From: Gammaproteobacteria bacterium
GTDB lineage: Bacteria > Pseudomonadota > Gammaproteobacteria > Magnimaribacterales > TMED112
NCBI GenBank assembly: GCA_045563435.1
Contig: JBJLJD010000006.1
Coordinates: 12,390-76,389 of the forward strand
Length of the DNA stretch: 64,000 bases
Direction: 5' to 3'
The notes under the pieces were generated by a model. That model did no database searches. It saw only the letters and a program-made list of their open reading frames with translations, and was not told where the DNA came from. The translations under genes and the position numbers were made by a program. Positions 61,068-64,000 of the stretch are shown piece by piece; position 1 is the first letter of the stretch; each line of letters opens with the position of its first letter.

Positions 61068-61091
61068 CGAATTATTTTACTTTATAAATTT

Positions 61092-61802
61092 TTAATTTAT
61101 TTCGCCAAAATATAACTTTTGGGCAAGTCGGTCATTTTGTACTGTCTCTGGGGGCCCATTAAGCAATATTTCTCCTTGATTCATGAGAATTATCTCATCA
61201 CAAACTTTCATAACATCACGAAAATTATGGTCACTGATGAAAACTGTAAGGTTTTCTTTTAAGTCCTTTAATATTTTTATTATCTCTTCAACTGAAATTG
61301 GGTCTACACCTGCAAAGGGCTCATCAAGAAGGATGCACTTAGCATCTAAAAGAATAGCTCTAAGAATTTCTGTTTTTCTCTTTTCTCCTCCTGATAGGAA
61401 TTTAGCCTTGATATTAGCTTTATTTTTTAAATTCATCTTTTCAAGATAAAAATCAATTTTCTCTCTATGCTTATTCTGTATTTTTTTGAATTGTAGCTCT
61501 AGCGCAACAATTAAATTTTCTAGGAGACTCAACTCCTCAAATAAAGAATCTTCTTGCGGCACGTATTTAAGACCTTGTAGAGACCGCTTTTCAATATCAT
61601 CCTTTGATACCTCTTTTTTACCAAGAAAGATTTCTCCTGAATCTATTGAAGATAGTCCGGCAACTGATCTAAATAATGTAGTTTTACCAGCACCATTTGC
61701 TCCAAGCAAACCAGTAATCTTATTTGGTTTTAACTCAAAGCTTATAAATTTTAAAAGCATTTTTGAGGAAATTTTTTTTGTAATATTTTTTACTCTAATC
61801 AT
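61092..61802 (-). CDS. lptB: LPS export ABC transporter ATP-binding protein LptB
   Basis: GLLGANGAGKTT Walker A, LSGGEKRKTEILRA signature and ILLDEPFAGVDP Walker B are present. It follows lptA. Confidence 0.92.
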   Translation of the reverse strand: MIRVKNITKKISSKMLLKFISFELKPNKITGLLGANGAGKTTLFRSVAGLSSIDSGEIFLGKKEVSKDDIEKRSLQGLKYVPQEDSLFEELSLLENLIVALELQFKKIQNKHREKIDFYLEKMNLKNKANIKAKFLSGGEKRKTEILRAILLDAKCILLDEPFAGVDPISVEEIIKILKDLKENLTVFISDHNFRDVMKVCDEIILMNQGEILLNGPPETVQNDRLAQKLYFGEIN

Positions 61803-62199
61803 TTTCTTTAAGAATAATTTTTATTTCTTGTGTTTTGATTTCATTGCCTTGCCTAAAGATAATTACATTATCTCTTAGGTATAAGGTGTTTTGAATTATT
61901 TGTAGTCTATTAGCTTGGCCATTTATCATTTCATCACTTTCTTTAAAGCTTAGCTCTATTGGAGACCCTGAAGCATCAATTTGCTCATTGTTTTGATTAA
62001 CAATTAATTTATTTGCTTTGAATGAGATTTCATTCGAATTGAAAGTCACTTTTTCTAAATATTTTACAAGGTTATTTTGTGTATCGATTTCAACAATTTC
62101 AGCCTGAATCTGATATTCAGTTGAAAAAGCTTTTGAAGATAAAAGGAATAAAAGGTATAAAAGAAAATTTCTATAAAACATTAGCTTCCAAGATTTCAT
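61795..62199 (-). CDS. lptA: OstA-like LPS transport protein (LptA, or a single LptA/LptC-like bridge protein), 134 aa
   Basis: A hydrophobic N-terminus is followed by a beta-jellyroll-like OstA_N sequence (ANKLIVNQNN, LYLRDNVIIFRQGNEI). It lies immediately upstream of lptB. Confidence 0.65.
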   Translation of the reverse strand: MKSWKLMFYRNFLLYLLFLLSSKAFSTEYQIQAEIVEIDTQNNLVKYLEKVTFNSNEISFKANKLIVNQNNEQIDASGSPIELSFKESDEMINGQANRLQIIQNTLYLRDNVIIFRQGNEIKTQEIKIILKEND

Positions 62200-63139
62200 G
62201 CATGGTTATGAACCCTTGAATCTTATTCTTTTGATTTACAGCTAAATAATAGACCTTATTTTTTTTCATGAATTTAGCTGCATCAACTACTAATTTTTCT
62301 GATTCAATGGATTTAAATTCTTTAGTCATTACTTTGGAAACTTGAACATTATTTATATCAATATTTTTTTGAAGTTGCCTTCTTAAATCTCCGTCTGAGA
62401 ATATACCAACTATTTTCTTTTTAGCATCTTGTATAAGAGCAAAGCCCTGTTTTTTTTCAGATATTATTACAATCACCTCCTTTATAAGAGCCTTATCATT
62501 TACAACTGCTGCACTCTTTATTGGAATCATTAAATCTGTAACTTTAAGTGTAAGTTTCTTACCAAGTTTGCCTCCAGGATGTGATCTAGCAAAATCTTTT
62601 GATGAAAATCCCTTTGCTTTGAGCAATGAAACTGCAATTGAATCTCCCAGAGCAAGCATTACTGTTGTACTTGCCGTTGGGGCAAGATCATTAGGGCAAG
62701 CTTCTTTTGAAACTTTTACCTTAACATGAACTTTAGAATCTTTTGCTATTGAAGAATTTTCATTTTCTGTAATTGAGAAAAGCGATATTTTTTTGGCTTT
62801 TATTGCTGGTATAAGGTCGATGATCTCTTTACTTTCACCTGATTTTGATAAAACAATTATGCAATCATTCTTTTCTATCATGCCCATATCACCATGTAAG
62901 GCTTCTGCAGGATGTATAAAAAAAGATGAGGTTCCAGTGCTTGAAAAAGTTGCTGAAATTTTATTTGCGATATGGCCAGATTTGCCTACTCCAGTAAGAA
63001 AAACTTTGCCTTTACAATTTAAAATTTCATGGCATAAATTACCTACATTAAAATCTTTTGATGCATAAAAAGCCTTAAGTTCATTTAATTCTATTAAAAA
63101 AGCCTTTTTTGCTTCTTTTTGGAAAATATTTTTTTTCAT
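62171..63139 (-). CDS. kdsD: arabinose-5-phosphate isomerase (SIS + tandem CBS)
   Basis: GVGKSGHIANKISATFSSTGTSSFFIHPAEALHGDMGMI closely parallels E. coli KdsD. C-terminal CBS pair is present. Confidence 0.93.
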   Translation of the reverse strand: MKKNIFQKEAKKAFLIELNELKAFYASKDFNVGNLCHEILNCKGKVFLTGVGKSGHIANKISATFSSTGTSSFFIHPAEALHGDMGMIEKNDCIIVLSKSGESKEIIDLIPAIKAKKISLFSITENENSSIAKDSKVHVKVKVSKEACPNDLAPTASTTVMLALGDSIAVSLLKAKGFSSKDFARSHPGGKLGKKLTLKVTDLMIPIKSAAVVNDKALIKEVIVIISEKKQGFALIQDAKKKIVGIFSDGDLRRQLQKNIDINNVQVSKVMTKEFKSIESEKLVVDAAKFMKKNKVYYLAVNQKNKIQGFITMHEILEANVL

Positions 63140-63158
63140 TTCAACTTATAATCTAAAC

Positions 63159-63767
63159 ATGATACGACTTTTTTTAACAAAAATATTTATCATTTTTTCT
63201 CTATCTCAACCTATAGCATCGGATGATAACGAAAATGCATTTAATTTCATTAATGAGAATGCAGTTTATTTTTTGACAATTATTAAGAATGAAGGTTCAA
63301 AATATGATGAAAAACCTGATGAATTTAAAGAAAAATTAAAAAATATATGGGAACCAATGGTTGATGTTGGTCTAGTGTCAAGGCTTATACTAAGTAAAAC
63401 TTATAGAACTGCTACTGAAGAACAGATTCTACTTTTTCAAACTAGAACAAAAAAGCTCTTACTTGACACCTATATCACAGCACTTTTGGAGTTTGAAGAT
63501 TATGAGTTAGAAACAAGTAGAAAAATAAAGGAAAATAAAAATAAAACACTTGAGGTAGAAATAAATTTTTTTTCCGCATCAGATTCTTTTAAAGCAAAAT
63601 TTACACTTTACAAAAATAAACAAGGTGAGTTTAAAATCATTAATATCATCATTGATGGGATAAATCTTGGTCTTACTTTCAGAAATCAATTTCAAGATAA
63701 TTTAAAAAATGAAAACTATGATTTAGACAAGGCAATTGAAACTTGGAAACCTCTTTACATTGATTAA
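63159..63767 (+). CDS. mlaC: phospholipid-binding periplasmic protein MlaC (Ttg2D family)
   Basis: A signal peptide, family-typical W.....D......LG..W...T..Q pattern (IWEPMVDVGLVSRLILSKTYRTATEEQ) and IIIDGINLGLTFRNQF are present. Confidence 0.7.
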   Translation: MIRLFLTKIFIIFSLSQPIASDDNENAFNFINENAVYFLTIIKNEGSKYDEKPDEFKEKLKNIWEPMVDVGLVSRLILSKTYRTATEEQILLFQTRTKKLLLDTYITALLEFEDYELETSRKIKENKNKTLEVEINFFSASDSFKAKFTLYKNKQGEFKIINIIIDGINLGLTFRNQFQDNLKNENYDLDKAIETWKPLYID

Positions 63768-63769
63768 AT

Positions 63770-64000
63770 ATGGAAAGATTGATAATTAAGGGAGGTAATC
63801 AACTTCACGGAGATGTGAACTGTTCAGGAGCTAAAAACGCAGGTCTCCCAATAATTGCAGCAACAATTCTACTTGAAAAAACTATTGAAATTGAGAATCT
63901 CCCGCATCTTAAGGATATTTCTACCATGCTCGAACTACTTAACTCCATGGGATCTGAAATTAATTTTCTTGAAAGTGGAGCTATAGAGATAAATTCTTCA
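63770..64000 (+). CDS. murA: UDP-N-acetylglucosamine 1-carboxyvinyltransferase, N-terminal part (runs off window end)
   Basis: Not in the ORF track. Translation reads MERLIIKGGNQLHGDVNCSGAKNAGLPIIAATILLEK..., which matches the MurA N-terminus (ISGAKNAALPIL in E. coli). Confidence 0.92.
   Translation, partial: MERLIIKGGNQLHGDVNCSGAKNAGLPIIAATILLEKTIEIENLPHLKDISTMLELLNSMGSEINFLESGAIEINSS

Overview
This is an AT-rich (about one-third G+C by eye, not computed), very compact bacterial chromosome segment. I count about 64 protein genes and 4 tRNAs. Most neighbouring genes overlap or sit less than 30 bp apart.

Gene content and order point to a Gammaproteobacterium with Pseudomonadales-like synteny and strong genome streamlining. 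The conserved blocks are:
- pepA-holC-valS; lptF-lptG; dapE-dapD-map
- carA-carB-greA-rlmE-ftsH-glmM-tpiA-secG
- tRNA-fMet-rimP-nusA-infB-rbfA-truB-rpsO-pnp
- ispE-tRNA-Gln-prs-rplY-pth-ychF
- hemA-prfA-prmC plus a MoeB/ThiF-like gene
- gatCAB divergent from mreBCD; kdsD-lptA-lptB; mlaC-murA

A marine SAR86-type lineage is plausible, but that is inference only. I saw no CRISPR array, IS or transposase, integrase, prophage or recognisable defence genes.

The least ordinary stretch is 32.4-39.7 kb. It holds:
- a subtilisin-family lipoprotein with a poly-Gly and Pro/Thr/Ala linker
- a free-standing GtrA-like protein overlapping an FAD-linked oxidase
- a tandem pair of paralogous ~75-aa two-helix membrane proteins of no family I recognise; they carry the window's only substantial regulatory DNA (a perfect 12-bp inverted repeat pair and an intercistronic GC hairpin)
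- a GT2-GtrA fusion translationally coupled to a polytopic GT-C-like membrane protein at the tail of the prs-rplY-pth-ychF operon

Together these look like a lipid-carrier-dependent periplasmic glycosylation module with an unknown acceptor. That is my best candidate for something undescribed, but the link between the parts is inference.

Other points worth a second look:
- a ValRS lacking the C-terminal tRNA-binding domain
- a reduced Lpt/Kds/Mla locus
- a half-length YhdP-like protein
- a Cys-rich insertion in ornithine aminotransferase
- a GH84-like and a PON-like protein
- an inverted tRNA-Leu next to secG

All calls rest on reading the translations and DNA by eye and on remembered family motifs. 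No searches or computations were run.
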